This document shows, piece by piece, positions 1-14,244 of a stretch of 64,000 nucleotides of DNA (position 1 is its first letter; each line of letters starts with the position of its first letter). The stretch lies in contig NC_043022.1 in NCBI RefSeq assembly GCF_006345805.1, positions 11,780,001-11,844,000 of the forward strand, written 5' to 3'. A program made the position numbers and the translations under genes. The DNA comes from Octopus sinensis. Its lineage: Eukaryota. The notes under the pieces are model-generated. The model made no database searches. It saw nothing but the letters and a program-made list of their open reading frames with translations, and was not told where the DNA came from.

Positions 1-16
1 ATATACACATACACGT

Positions 17-310
17 GGAGGTGCAATGGCCCAGTAGTTAGGGCAGCGGACTCGTGGTCGTAGGATCGCGGTTTTGATTCCCAGACTGGGCGTTGTGAGT
101 GTTTATTGAGCGAAAACACCTAAAAGCTCTACGAGGCTCCGGCAGGGGATGGTGATCCCTACTGTACTCTTTCACCACTCTTTCTCTCTTTCTTCTGCTG
201 GCCTGCTCGCTTAGCCAGCGGGGTAGCGTCGTTCAAAGGCAAAAACAATGCGAACGCATTGTGACCAGCGATGTGTAACAACATCTGATGGTTTGGTCGG
301 TCATCATCAC
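17..310 (+). mobile_element. tRNA-derived SINE, family A (head GGAGGTGCAATGGCCCAGT)
   Basis: A-box/B-box-like head; related copies at 6985-7170(-), 35950-36330(-), 56697-57000(+), 58945-59310(-). Confidence 0.8.
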
Positions 311-1769
311 ATACATATACACACACACACATATAAGAGGGATGACCACTAGGTGGACATCCAATATGCTAAATGTAGACCCTATATGGTCTGACCACTA
401 TGTAATATAATTCTGCCGAGGTCGACTTTGCCTTTCATCGTTTCGGGGTCGATAAATCAAGTACTGGAGTCGATCTAATCGACTGGCCCCCTCCCCAAAA
501 ATTTCGTGCCTTGCGCCAAGAGTAGAAAAGAATAATTCACACACCTCGTCAAAACGTCTGAAGAAAATACAGTCAAAGTGTGTTAACTATCTGGCCAGCC
601 CCAACCCCACCATATTTTCTTTTACATCAAATTCCGACATATTAATTTACACAATATGAAATGTATTGGTAAGAAATTTTATTTAAAAATATCCAGTTTT
701 CATTAAGTTATGGGGAAATAATTCCAGGTGTGGATAATCCGAAAACATTTTCGCGGCAAGTTCCAATATAACTCAAATCTACACTATCTAAATTCTGTGG
801 ACAATTTCATTTGCAAATATATGCATTTCTCAGAAAGTTATAAAGAAACAAAGACAACAGGGTGATCATAGACTTGGACTTTTGCGCCCGTTCTTCCATC
901 GTAAATTCATTCATACAGAAATATATAAATATATTAGAGGAAATATATGTGTGTGTATGAAGTACATACAGACTGCGCCAAATATATGAAGTACATATAT
1001 ATATAATATAGCAAAGAGGTAGAAAAATAGAGAAATAATGTAAAATCCAAGAAATATTTACCAAGACTTCTCCCATGTTGGATTTATCAACTGAATACGA
1101 AACTAATTACGTCAACAAATAGCGTTGAAATAATAAATATCAATTGAGATAACACGTTTATTATGTTAAAGAAAATTTGTGATAAATATGTATTTTTTAG
1201 TTATATTTATAAATTGGTTTTATTGTATAGTGTTGATAAAACCTGAGATACGGAACTATGTAACACTGCGTAGCTAGGTAACTAAATCCTGTGTTTTTCA
1301 TCTTTCCGTTTAATTCTGTTATTCTGTCCCAGATCAACCCCGACGCTGGCAGAACTATCATCAAAGACATTCCAACCATGGCCACTCCATTCATCTCATT
1401 GTCATTATATGTAGATCTACATTATTCAATATAAGCCTGTCTTTTTTTGTCTTTTTAAAGACGGTTGTGTCATGTAACGAAAGTTTGACTCCTATTTCTA
1501 GCAATTTGTACGACCACGTAGAGACTCCCCTCGTATTGACAATGTTATGAAGGTTCAATTCTTGGATGAAGCTAGTTCACTTCTTAGAGATTAATATTTT
1601 TTTGAGAAACGTCGGAATATTTCTCAATCTTATAAATATGGCGGGGTTTTTTAGAAGTAAAAGATTGACTGAAGGGAGATTGATTGACTGTTAATTGACT
1701 AATTGATTGAAAGAGAGAGGGGGTGATACGGAGATAGATGGGTGGCAAGATAGATGGATAGGCAAACTG

Positions 1770-2110
1770 GCTGAAACGTTAGCCGAGGTCGACTTTGCCT
1801 TTCATCATTTCGGGGTCGATTAAATAAGTACCAGTTACGCACTGGGTTCGATATAATCGACTTAATACCTATGTCTGTCCATGTTTGTCTCCTCTATGTT
1901 TAGCCCCTTGTGGGTAGTAAAGAAATAGGTATTTCATCTGTCGCTACGTTCTGAGTTCAAATTCCGCCGAGGTCGACTTTGCCTTTCATCCTTTCGGGGT
2001 CGATTAAATAAGTACCAGTTACGCACAGGGTTCGATATAATCGACTTAATCCGTTGTCTGTCCTTGTTTGTCCTCTCTGTGTTTAGTCCCATGTGGGCAA
2101 TAAAGAAATA
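1770..2110 (+). mobile_element. Two adjacent SINE family C copies (GCCGAGGTCGACTTTGCCTTTCATCC core)
   Basis: Core repeated at 415-530, 5810-6010, 10300-10660, 12800-13680(-), 24650-24890(-), 30340-30790, 33460-33630(-), 36455-36620. Confidence 0.85.
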
Positions 2111-2178
2111 AGATAGATGGATAGACAAACAGACAGATGTCTCGCCTATCAGACTGATATGCTTTTTTTTTAATGAAA

Positions 2179-2550
2179 TCTCTCTATATATAAAAGGCAG
2201 TTTGTCTGTGTGTGTTTCTGTGTGTCTGTTAGGTTGTACCCTCACCTTGACCACGGCTTTCAACCGATTCTGATGAAACTTGACACACACATAGCCCAAT
2301 GTCATAATTCAAAACTAACGCAGCGAAAATTTTGAAAAGTTCCCCCAGTTCTGAAAAAAATTGATAAATTCGACATGGGGTCGAGAATCAGAAACACAAA
2401 CCACAGACTGTCTAGGGGACGCAACTCGACCTTTTTAACTAAAAAAAAAATTTACCATCATTTTTTTTCCATTTTTTGGCTATAACTCTCTAAAAATGCT
2501 TTATAGTTATTTCCCTTACAAACCCGAGCAACGCCGGGCGATACTGCTAA
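2179..2550 (+). mobile_element. Non-autonomous Helitron-like element
   Basis: A|TC 5' end with TATATAAAA; 3' hairpin CCCGAGCAACGCCGGG then GATACTGCTAA|T; shares its 3' ~100 bp with 6343-6741. Confidence 0.7.
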
Positions 2551-2663
2551 TTATTTAATAAACCAGAAAACATCGAATGCAAAACTGCAGTTCAGCAGGG
2601 GTTTCCAACCTTATTTTGCAGTGAACTCCCTGAGAGATATTTTATCGGCTATGGACTCCATAT

Positions 2664-3090
2664 ACTCTTTTACTTGTTTCAGTCATTTGACTGCGGCCAT
2701 GCTGGAGCACGGCCTTTAATCGAGCAAATCGACCCCGGGACTTATTCTTTTGTAAACCCAATACTTATTCTATCGGTCTCTTTTGCCGAACCGCTAAGTA
2801 ACGGGGACATAAACACACCAGCATCGGTTGTCAAGCAATGCTAGGGGAACAAACACAGACACACGCATATATATATATATATACACACAAACAGACACAC
2901 GCATATATATATATATACACACACAAGACGGGCTTCTTTTAGTTTCCGTCTACCAAATCCACTCAGAAGGCTCTGGTCGGCCCGAGGATATAGTAGAAGA
3001 CACTTGCCCTAGGTGCCACGCAGTGGGACTGAACCCGGAACCATGTGGTTGGTAAACAAGCTACTTACCACAGAGCCACTCCTGCACCTA
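2664..3090 (-). mobile_element. tRNA-derived SINE family B (head GGAGTGGCTGTGTGGTAAGTAGC, internal (TA)/(TG) tract, tail CAAGTAAAAGAG)
   Basis: Copies at 7200-7590(-), 10924-11345(+), 14430-14850(-), 18890-19069(-), 34665-35095(-), 50210-50620(+), 52917-53305(+), 55800-56195(-), 62265-62655(-). Confidence 0.85.
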
Positions 3091-3234
3091 TATATATGCA
3101 CGTGTAAATTTTTGAAATAAAATATTTGTTTGTAGGTTAGTAAAAACCAACACTAAAACATTTTGTTGTATTCATAATATAAATTCCAAATACAAATCTT
3201 GAAAAGTTCGATAAATACAGGTACCTCTTTCTAG

Positions 3235-3355
3235 TAAACAAAATTTATATATGGACCCATAAATTAGAATTTTTTACTCGTGGACCCCCAATCCTTAAAG
3301 CTTCTGTGGACCCCTGGGTGTCCACACGGACCCTGGTTGGGAACCCCTGAGTTAG
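3235..3355 (-). mobile_element. hAT-type MITE end
   Basis: CAGGGGTTCCCAACC terminus; similar ends at 2596 and 52566. Confidence 0.5.
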
Positions 3356-3804
3356 AGGCCAGAAAAAAAATCGCGTAATTACCTCCCCTTGACTGCATTT
3401 CGTTTTTGAAGAAGCTTCTAGATGCACACTAGCTTGCTAGAAATAGCAGCCAAATCTCTTTAAAATCCTTTTTTTGTATGATTTCTCTGTTGGTCTTGAC
3501 GATGACCATCATCTTAAGAACACGAATGTACGTGAAACTTGACCACTCAGCTGAACTTTTGGTTAAACTGTGTTAACGGAGTAAAAATCAACCACACAAA
3601 ATTTGAGTTTTTTTATTTTTACACAGATCTCAAAAAAATAAATCATTGAAATTTTACGCCCAGCATTTTTTTTTTCTTTTTTCACAGTTTGTAATTAATA
3701 AAAAAAAATTACATTTTTAATGATCAAAAATTAATTTCTGGCATTTAAAATACGAAACATCGTTGGTTGATAATGTTTATTATATTAGCTTTGTACGGCA
3801 ATAA

Positions 3805-3821
3805 CGTTGTCAATGACAACG
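3805..3821. promoter_or_regulatory. RFX X-box-like palindrome upstream of CYB5D1
   Basis: CGTTGTCA-A-TGACAACG is a perfect 8-bp-arm inverted repeat containing GTTGTC-AAT-GACAAC, about 170 bp upstream of the ATG. It resembles the RFX consensus GTNRCC-N(0-3)-RGYAAC, and CYB5D1 is a known ciliary gene. Confidence 0.5.
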
Positions 3822-3988
3822 GCGTGGGGTTGTTTTTGTTTTTTAAACTGGATGTAGAATTGCTGAGAATAATTTTTTGTGAGGAAGAAGAGGAGAGAGA
3901 GAGATCGATTCGCCAAATTCAGGATCAATTTTTGTTCCTTGAATATTTTGCTTCGCAAATCTTTTAACACTTTCTCCCGGTTCTCAGA

Positions 3989-4118
3989 ATGGTATCCCTC
4001 CCAAAAATTCGATATTTCACTCGGAAAGAGATTTCTCACCACAATATGCCAGACGATCTTTGGGTCTCGTTCATGGGAAGAGTCTACGATTTGACTGACC
4101 TCTGTAATAGGGAGAAAG
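3989..4118 (+). CDS. CYB5D1: CYB5D1 coding exon 1 (N-terminal half of cytochrome b5-like domain)
   Basis: ATG at 3989; 43 codons + 1 nt; donor AAAG|gtccgt at 4119. Confidence 0.9.
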
Positions 4119-4682
4119 GTCCGTAGATATTTCATTAAATATATTTGGATATATATGTACGTTATACTTGTATATATTTATGTGAGCACACACACACACA
4201 CAACACACATACATATATAGACACACATATATATACACACTCACACATGTACATATATACATTATATATATATAACAATTGGAGAGACTACTGTGTGGAT
4301 TCTTTGTATGCTAAAAATAGACGTCAAACTGTCTTACCACGAAATTTGTGTTCTCAAATTAGCAAGATGCTAGATGTTTACGAACTAGACAAATGAAAAG
4401 AAATAAATGTAGCACTTAATTCCATATATATATATACATACACATGTACAGACAGACAAACAGGCAGACAGACAGACAGGTAGGTAGGTAGGTAGGTTGG
4501 TAGAAAGTTAGAGAGAGAGAGAGAGAGATACTAACGTAGCTAAAGTGAGTGCCATCCAGAGCGGCCTTTCTTTTTGCCGCTCCCAAGCACCACAAAAAAC
4601 ACAGAGAATCAAATAATAGCAGATTTACATTGTAATCCTACCGACATACTATAATAGTATATGTGTGTGCGTGTGTGTATAC

Positions 4683-4734
<52 letters not shown>

Positions 4735-6954
4735 GCAAAGACCCTTCACCGGACGAAATACTGAGCAGTATTTCGCCCAGCATGCTAATGTTTCTGCCAG
4801 CTTGCCGCTTTGAATATCTGAAATCTCAAACCACTTTTGGTCTTTCCAAATACTCACACCATCAAGATATCTTGTACATATGTTTCCCATTGCATGTGTT
4901 GCATTGTTGCTCTTACAAAATTCTCAAAGCAAGCAGTACCAAATAAGTGCCTCGCTAAAGTTCTTGTCTTCCATGGGCCATCAGATAGAGCACACACACA
5001 CACACACACGCACACGCACACGCACACACACACACACACACACACACTGCATATGTCCCTATCATTAGCTTTATGCTGATTGCAAAGACACCTTTTAATT
5101 AGTGAATTTGGTAGGTGGAAACTGTCATATATATACACATAAGTATTTGTGTTTGTCCCCCAACCGCCAATTAGCATGTGTTGGTTTGTTTACGTCCCCA
5201 TGATTTAGTAGTTCAGCAAAAAGGAAACTGCTAGAATAAGTACCGGACTTAACAAAATCTAAGTACAGGGGTCACTTTAGAAAATTACTATTTGTAAATC
5301 TCACAACAAGAGATATTCAGAAACTGACCCCTGGAGTTAAGATTATTTGCCAACATAACATAACAGTCCTGGTTTAGAACAAATGTTGCTGGGGCTAAAT
5401 TACAGCAACATTCGTCCTAAACCAGGACTGCCATGTTACGTTGGCAAATAATCTTTACTCCAGGGTCAGTCTGTTTGGCTAAAAACCTTCAAGGTGGTGC
5501 TCCAGCATGGCCACAATCCTATGAACAAAGCAAGGTGAAGATAAAAGATAAAAACTGAATAGAACAGTGTTAACCAAAAAGAAATCCTTATTCAAACGTG
5601 GACTTGATGCTTCCTTCTGTGTTTGTCTCTCTTTAGGAAACGTACTTCTGAAGCCAATCCTTGATGTCGGTGGTACGGATATCTCCCATTGGTTCGACAA
5701 GGTTAATCGTGACGTGAGTTCAGTCTTTAACCATCTTTGACACTCTTACATTTTACATATCACCACAGGTACAACATCGATTTTCCAGAGTCTTTGGTTC
5801 AGAACCATTCCCGGGTGAAATGCGTAGCCGATTTCGTCTGTCGTTACGTTCTGAGTTCAAATTCTGCCGAGGTCGACTTTGCCTTTCATCCTTTTGGGGT
5901 TGATGAATAAAGTACCAGCTTCCCACTGGGGTCGATATAATCGACTTAATCCCTTGTCTGTCCATGTTTGTCCCCTCTATGTTTAGCCCCTTGTGGGCAA
6001 TAAAGAAATATATTTTTCTGAACCACTGGAGTTGTCGTGTTGGTGAAAATTAAACAAATATTAGATTTACTTAAATAATTAAATGAAATACGGGTTGCTG
6101 TGCATTGGGTATTTACTATACTGTACATCCAAGGTAGTAGTCTGTTCATGGTACCAGTAAACTAGTCTGGATGGTCGTGGTTTTTACTTGAGTATTAATG
6201 CAGATTATAAAAGGTTCCAGACCATCGATGTCCTCAAAGTCAAGTGTAATTGTACTTGTATTTATGTAAATACAGAACTAGTGTGTGTGTTTAGGTAATG
6301 TGTATATATAATATATTTATTTGAATATACAACTAACATATATCTTTATATATAAAAGTGAAGTTGTGTGTCTGTCTCCTACGATTTAGATTCCTAACTA
6401 CTCCCACATTTTGCGGTGCAGTTTAACCAAAACCGGGTATCTCATAGTCGTGATTCATATCGAGCCCTTCTGGGTATCAGCGCGCGTCTATGATGAGTCT
6501 ACGATTTAAAAAAAAATATACCATCATTTTTTTCCATTTTAATGTGTTTTTTTCGCTATCATATAAGGGAAGTAACTCTCTAAAAATGTCTACGATGAGT
6601 CAACAATTTAAAAAAAAATTTACCATCATTTTTTTTCCATTTTTAATGCGTTTTTTTGCTATTTTTTGGCTATAACTCTCTAAAAATGCTTATATAGTTA
6701 TTTCCCTTACAAACCCGAGCAACGCAGGGCGATACTGCTAGTATATATATATATATTGCTTTTCGCCATGATAGATCGCTAGCCACTACACATTCTTTAT
6801 TTTCTCTCCTTGTCTCTTTCTGTGTTCCTTTCTGTTGAAGAGCGTAGGCTCGAAACGTTAAAGACTTTTTCAATTCCTGAGCGTTATACTAATACATCTG
6901 TTTGTTGTCTACACCACCTGTCTTCCTCTTTTGTATTTTTTTGTGAATTCTCCC

Positions 6955-6987
<33 letters not shown>

Positions 6988-9032
6988 ACTGACCAGACCA
7001 TCAGATGTTGTTACACATCGCTGATCACAATGCGCTTCGCATTGTTTTAGCCTTCGAATGACGCCACCCCGTTGGCTAAGCGAGTAGGCCAACAGAAGAA
7101 AGAGTGGGAGAAAGAGTGGTGAAAGAGTACAGCAGGGATCACCACCCCCTGCTGGAGCTTCGTGGAGCTTTTATAATTATTATTATTATGGAAACATAAT
7201 ACTCTTTACTCTTTTACTTGTTTCAGTCATTTGACTGCGGCCATGCTGGAGCACCGCCTTTAGTCGAGCAAATCGACCCCGGGACTTATTCTTTGTAAGC
7301 CCAGTACTTATTCTATCGGTCTCTTTTGCCGAACCGCTAAGTGACGGGGACGTAAACACACCAGCATCAGTTGTCAAGCAATGCTAGGGGGACACACAAA
7401 CACACACACACATACATATATATACATATATACGACAGGCTTCTTTCAGTTTCCGTCTACCAAATCCACTCACAAGGCATTGGTCGGCCTGGGGGCTATA
7501 GCAGAAGACACTTGCCCAAGATGCCACGAAGTGGGATTGAACCCGGAACCATTTGGTTGGTTAGCAAGCTACTTACCACACAGCCACTCTGCTTCAAATC
7601 TTTTCCAAAATTTTTCTATACTTGCTCATTTTGGTGCTGAAGCTTTCCAAGAGGATGTCCAAAGCATTTCCATTGCACAAGATTTTGTGTACATGCATTG
7701 CAGTACAGTGCATCAGACGGTGTCGTGTCATTGTGGTACGGAATCAGGTCTTCAAAGAGCAAAGCGTGCTGAACATACTTTCGCTTGGTGCAAACAGAGA
7801 CACGGGCTTCCAGCATGAGGACGGCTCGTGATTGTGCTGTTTAGTAGGTCATCAATTGTTCTAGTATTGAAGAGTGACTTCCAATGCTGACTTTGTTGTT
7901 GTTATCGTGCAGTTGTGGTAGCAACAGAACATGATGATAATGCGTGACTTGTGGTATTCAGAGGAAAGAAGGAAGTAGGCAGCTGAATTGTGAAGGGCTG
8001 TTGATTGTGGAGTGAAATAGTTCACGAATCGTGCTAGCATTGAGGAGTGGCCATGGTTGTTGCAGCTGTTGTTTTATATATACATATATATCATCATCAT
8101 CATCATCATCATCGTTTAACGTCCGTTCTCCATGCTAGCATGGGTTGGACGGTTCGACCGGGGTTCTGGGAAGCCAGAAGGCTGCACCAGGCTCCAGTCT
8201 AATCTGGCAATGTTTCTACAGCTGGATGCCCTTCCTAACGCCAACCACTCCATTAGTGTAGTGGGTGCTTTTTACGTGCCACCTGCACAGGTGCCAGGCG
8301 AGGTGGGCAACGGCCACGGTCAGATTGGTGTATTTTATGTGCCACCGGCACGGAAGCCAGTCGAGGCGGTGCTGGCATCGGCCACGGGTCGGATAGTGCT
8401 TTTTACGTACCACCAGACCAGGGATCTGGCTGGTTCAATTCGATTTCGATTTCGCTTGCCCCAACATGTCTTCACAAGCAAAGGGGTTGGAATGGGGGCC
8501 TGTCGTACGGTCGCATTGGAGTATTTTACGTGCCACGGCCACGAGTCGGATAGTGCTTTTTACGTACCACCAGACCAGGGATCCTGGCTGGTTCAATTCG
8601 ATTTGCTTGCCCCAACATGTCTTCACAAGTAAAGGGGGTTGGCATGGGTGCCTGTCGTACGGTCGCATTGGAGTATTTTACGTGCCACGGCACGAGTCGG
8701 ATAGGATAGTGCTTTTTACGTACCACCAGGCCAGGGATCCTGGCTGGTTCAATTCGGTTTCGATTTCGATTTCGCTTATATATATATATATATATTATAT
8801 ATATATATATATATATATTTATTATATAGAAGGAGCTTCTACAGGACTAGAACTGTTTCATTCAAAAGAAATCATCAGGAATCTTCCTGATGATTTCTTT
8901 TGAATGAAACAGTTCTAGTCCTGTAGAAGCTCCTTCTATATAATAAATTAATTTACTCTGATATGTATTGAGTACCTATTTACTGTGGTTAACCCCGACT
9001 CAACCCGGGACCTACAATATATATATATATAC

Positions 9033-9063
<31 letters not shown>

Positions 9064-9092
9064 TATTATATACACACATATATATCATATAT

Positions 9093-9127
<35 letters not shown>

Positions 9128-9137
9128 ATTATATATA

Positions 9138-9172
<35 letters not shown>

Positions 9173-9222
9173 ATTATACATAATATACTATATATATATA
9201 TATATAATATATACAAATATAC

Positions 9223-9272
<50 letters not shown>

Positions 9273-9482
9273 TATTATATAGATATATATATTATACATA
9301 TAACATATATATATATACTATACATATATATATATATATATATATATATCATATATACATATATATATATATATACATTAATATATATATATATATACAT
9401 ATATACATATATATATATATTATATTATATAACATATATACATATATAATATATATATATATCTATACATATATACATATAT

Positions 9483-9513
<31 letters not shown>

Positions 9514-9689
9514 AGATATTACATATATACATTATATAATATATATACATATATATATATATAATATACATATATACATATATATATATCTATATATATA
9601 TACATATATACATATATATAATATATATATAACATATATACCATATATATATATATATATATACATATATACATATATATAATATATAT

Positions 9690-9720
<31 letters not shown>

Positions 9721-9734
9721 TACATATATACACT

Positions 9735-9768
<34 letters not shown>

Positions 9769-9910
9769 ATATATATATATAATACTTATATACATTATAT
9801 ATATCATATATACATATATAATATATTATAATATATAATACATATATACATATATATATATATATAGTATAATATATCTATATACAGATATATATATATA
9901 TATATATATA

Positions 9911-9966
<56 letters not shown>

Positions 9967-10154
9967 TATATATATATATATATTCTTACATATATACAAT
10001 AGATATATATATATAATACATATATCTATATATATATATATATCTACATATATTATATATATATATATATATACACATATTATATATATATATATACTAC
10101 TATAATATATATATATATATACATTATAGATATATATATATATATCTAATATAT

Positions 10155-10192
<38 letters not shown>

Positions 10193-10232
10193 ATATAACA
10201 TATATATATATTACATATATATATATATATAC

Positions 10233-10264
<32 letters not shown>

Positions 10265-13200
10265 CCATTATATATATACAACACATTACACACACACAAG
10301 GCAGCGAGCTGGCAGACACGTTAGCGTGCAGCGCGAAATGCTTAGCGGCATTTCGTCTGTCGTTACGTTCCGAGTTCAAATTCCGCCGAGGTCAACTTTG
10401 CCTTTCGTCCTTTCGGGGTCGATAAATAAAGTACCAGTTTCGCACCGGGGTCGATATATATTTCTTTACTACCCACAAGGGGCTAAACATAGAGGGGACA
10501 AACAAGGACAGACAAAGGGATTAAGTCGATTACATCGACCCCCAGTGCGAAACTGGTACTTTATTTATCGACCTACTGGGGGCGATATAATCGACTCAAT
10601 TCCTTTGTCTGTCCTTGTTTGTCCCCTCTATGTTTAGCCCCTTCTGGGCAGTAAAGAAATATATATACATACACACACACACACACACGCACAGGCACAA
10701 GTCTGTGAACCCCCACTTCCTTGGCCCTTGCCTGTACACTATTGTTAATTAGTGTGGATTATAAGGGGTTTGTTAGTGTGGATTATAAGGGGTTTGGGGC
10801 CATCAGTGTCTGGATAGTTAGCACTGTATTTGCATATTTATATAAACATTCAACTAGTGTGTGTGTGTGTTGTAATGTATATGTAATATATTTATATAAA
10901 TATATAATTAATATATATATATAGGTGCAGGAGTGGCTGTGTGGTAAGTAGCTTGCTTACTAACCACATGGTTCCGGGTTCAGTCCCGCTGCGTGGCATC
11001 TTGGGCAAGTGTCTTCTACTATAGCTGCGGGCCGACCAAAGCCTTGTGAGTGGATTTGGTAGACGGAAACTGAAAGAAGCCTGTCGTATATATGTATATA
11101 TATATATTATATATGTGTGTGTGTGTGCATGTTTGTGTGTCTGTGTTTGTCCCCCCACCAACATCGCTTGACAACCGATGCTGGTGTGTTTACGTCGCCA
11201 TCACTTAGCGGTTCGGCAAAAAGAGACCGATAGAATAAGTACTGGGCTTACAAAGAATAAGTCCCGGGGTCGATTTGCTCAACTAAAGGCGGTGCTCCAG
11301 CATGGCCACAGTCAAATGACTGAAACAAGTGAAAGAGTAAAAGAGAGAGATATAACAATGCTTTTCCAGCATCTTTGGTTCCAAAGCATTTCTAGATAAT
11401 TACTTTTTTTTCCAAACCTTGACTAACATATTCTAAATTAAACAAACACTGCTTACTTCAATGCCCTTGCTTTGATGGGGCCGGGGGTCATCCCAGTTTA
11501 GTGGTCCCAGAGACATCACCATGCATAGAGCTGACCAAGTCCCACCGCTGCCCTCCATCACTGACAGTCCTGTGCCAGCCTCTCTGCATCCGCCAAGATG
11601 ACATACAGCCTCTGGAGATCTTCTTTAATCACATCCAGCCATCTTGTGTGGGGCCAAGGACTTTTCCTGGCCACGGCTGCTGTACCAAATGGCAGTAAAG
11701 CCTTGGTAGGATGATCTAGTTGGAAACGGAGGACCTGTCCCTGCCAATTCAGGCGATAGCTATGAAATACCGAATACCAGTACCTGCACATTATTGTAAA
11801 CCAGTGCACCTTTTCAAACTCCACCCGTCTAACACCCGTGGACATATTTACAAAGTCAGAAAACAGCACAGCTCCCATGACTTCAGGAAACATTTTTTTC
11901 ATGCTGAGAGTTGCTGAAGCATGGAACAAACTGCCGGCATCAGCTGTCAGTTGTTGGAGCACTGCATCCTTCAAAACTTCCATGCTGTCTGAGATTCGCC
12001 AACACTACACCTGATTTCTCTTCCCCTCCATACACACGCAAGCATGTATCTGACTCATGCATTGTTTGCTTTCCATACATTTGTACATTACTGCATATAC
12101 TCTGACAAGTTGTGGTGCACCTGAGCACTGTATACAATAATTTCATTATTATTATATTATTTTAAATTTGCAAGTGGTACCAGACCAAAAGTGTCTAGGA
12201 AATCAATGTTGTACCTTTTCATTTCAATTCATATCACTGTATTTTCTAAATGTCATATTTAGTATTTTATTTTTCATATATCCCCCGAATTTTCTGTATT
12301 TTTAAACTCCTTATTGCACTTGTATCCCAGGTTCGAAATTTCCCCAAGACACCTGATGAAGGCTGGACGGTATATCAGCCGAAACGTTGTGTTAACAACA
12401 AACAAGATGAGGACAAATATCCATCAAATGTAAATAATGTAAATAATGTACATAATTCCTCATCTCTTAAATACAGAACTGTATTACACATACATACATA
12501 TGCATGTATAGACAAATGAAACTTTTTTTAATAACCCTTTCAGGTCCGCAGATACGTTGATCCTGAAACTCACTGCCTCATTCCTTATTGTCCAAACGGT
12601 CGCTTTCTTCACATCCCGCCACCTTACCCAGACTCCAGCTGGGCAAATGACTTTGGTTGCCCCTGGTGGAAGAATGAGAATTTCCAGGTTGGCTTTCTCT
12701 CCCAAAAGACTTGCCGTATCAACATTGTAAACTCGTTAACATCACAAGAACAAATAATTGAGGTAAGTCATACATGATAACGATTTCAAATTTTGACACG
12801 AGGTCAGGACCTTTTGGGGTGAGGGGGGAGGGGGCTAAGTCAATTAAATCGACCCAGTGTTCAACTGGTACTTATTTTATTGATCCCCAAAAGGATAAAA
12901 GGCAAAGTGGAACCCAGTGAGGTTTGAACTCAGAACGTAGAGACAGACGAAATGCCACGGAGCATACCACCCAGCTTGCTACTGATTCTGCCAGCTCACC
13001 ACCATAATAATAATAATTATTATTTCTTTATTGCCCACAAGGGGCTGAACATAGAGGGAACAAACAAGGACAGACAAAGGGATTAAATCGATTACATCGA
13101 CCCCAGTGCGTAACTGGTACTTATTTAATCGACCCCAAATGGATGAAAGGCAAAGTCGACCTCGGCACAATTTGAACTCAGAATGTAAAGATGGCTAAAA

Positions 13201-13635
13201 TGCTACTAAGCATTTCACCCAGCATGCTAACGGTTCTTTTCTACTCTAGGCACAAGGCCCAAAATTTTGGGGGATGGGGCCAGTCGATTAGATCGATCCC
13301 CAGTATGCAACTGGTACTTAGTTTATCGACCCCCGAAAGGATGAATGGCAAATTTGACCTTGGCGGAATTTGAACTCAGAACATAAAGACAAGAAATACC
13401 TATTTCTTTATTACCCACAAGGGGTTAAACACAGAGGGGACAAACAAGGACAGACATAGGTATTAAGTCGATTACATCGACCCCAGTGCGTAACTGGTAC
13501 TTAATTTATCGACCCAGAAAGGATGAAAGGCAAAGTCGACCTCGGCGGAATTTGAACTCACAACGTAACGCAGACGAAATACCACAAAGCATTTCGCCCG
13601 GCTTGCTAACGTTTCTGCCAGCTCGCCGCCTTTCC

Positions 13636-13666
<31 letters not shown>

Positions 13667-14202
13667 CATAGTATGAATTCTAAAAAATGGCTTCCATGTC
13701 GGTGGCATGTAAAAAGCACCATCCGAATCGTGGCCGAAGCCAGTGCCACCTCGACTGGCTTCCGTGATGGTGGCACGTAAAATGCACCAATCCGACCGTG
13801 GCCGATGCCAGCCACTACACTCACGGAGTGGTTGGTGTTAGGAAGGGCATCCAGCTGTAGAAACATTACCAGATAAGACCGGAGCCTGGTGCAGCCTTCT
13901 GGCTTCCCAGATCCCCGGTCGAACCGTCCAACCCATGCTAGCATGGAGAACGGACGTTAAACGATGATGATGATGATGATGATGTTAAATGCTTTGGTGC
14001 ATGACTTTTTGGTCCACCTTGCATATATATCGACATCATCATCATCATCAAACGACCATCTTGCATGCATGCATGGGTAGGATGGTTGACAGGAGCCAGC
14101 CAGGTAGAAGGCCACCCCAGGCTACTGTGTCTGTTTTTGGCAGGGTTTTTACGGCTAGATGTCCTTCCTAACACCAACCGCTCTTCACAGTGGACTAGAT
14201 GC

Positions 14203-14244
<42 letters not shown>

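Noticed and set aside
3785-4135. 116-aa - strand ORF and 71-aa + strand ORF (3879-4094)
   Set aside because: Antisense and alternative-frame shadows of CYB5D1 exon 1.
9020-10299. Ile/Tyr-rich ORFs
   Set aside because: (TA)n microsatellite translations.
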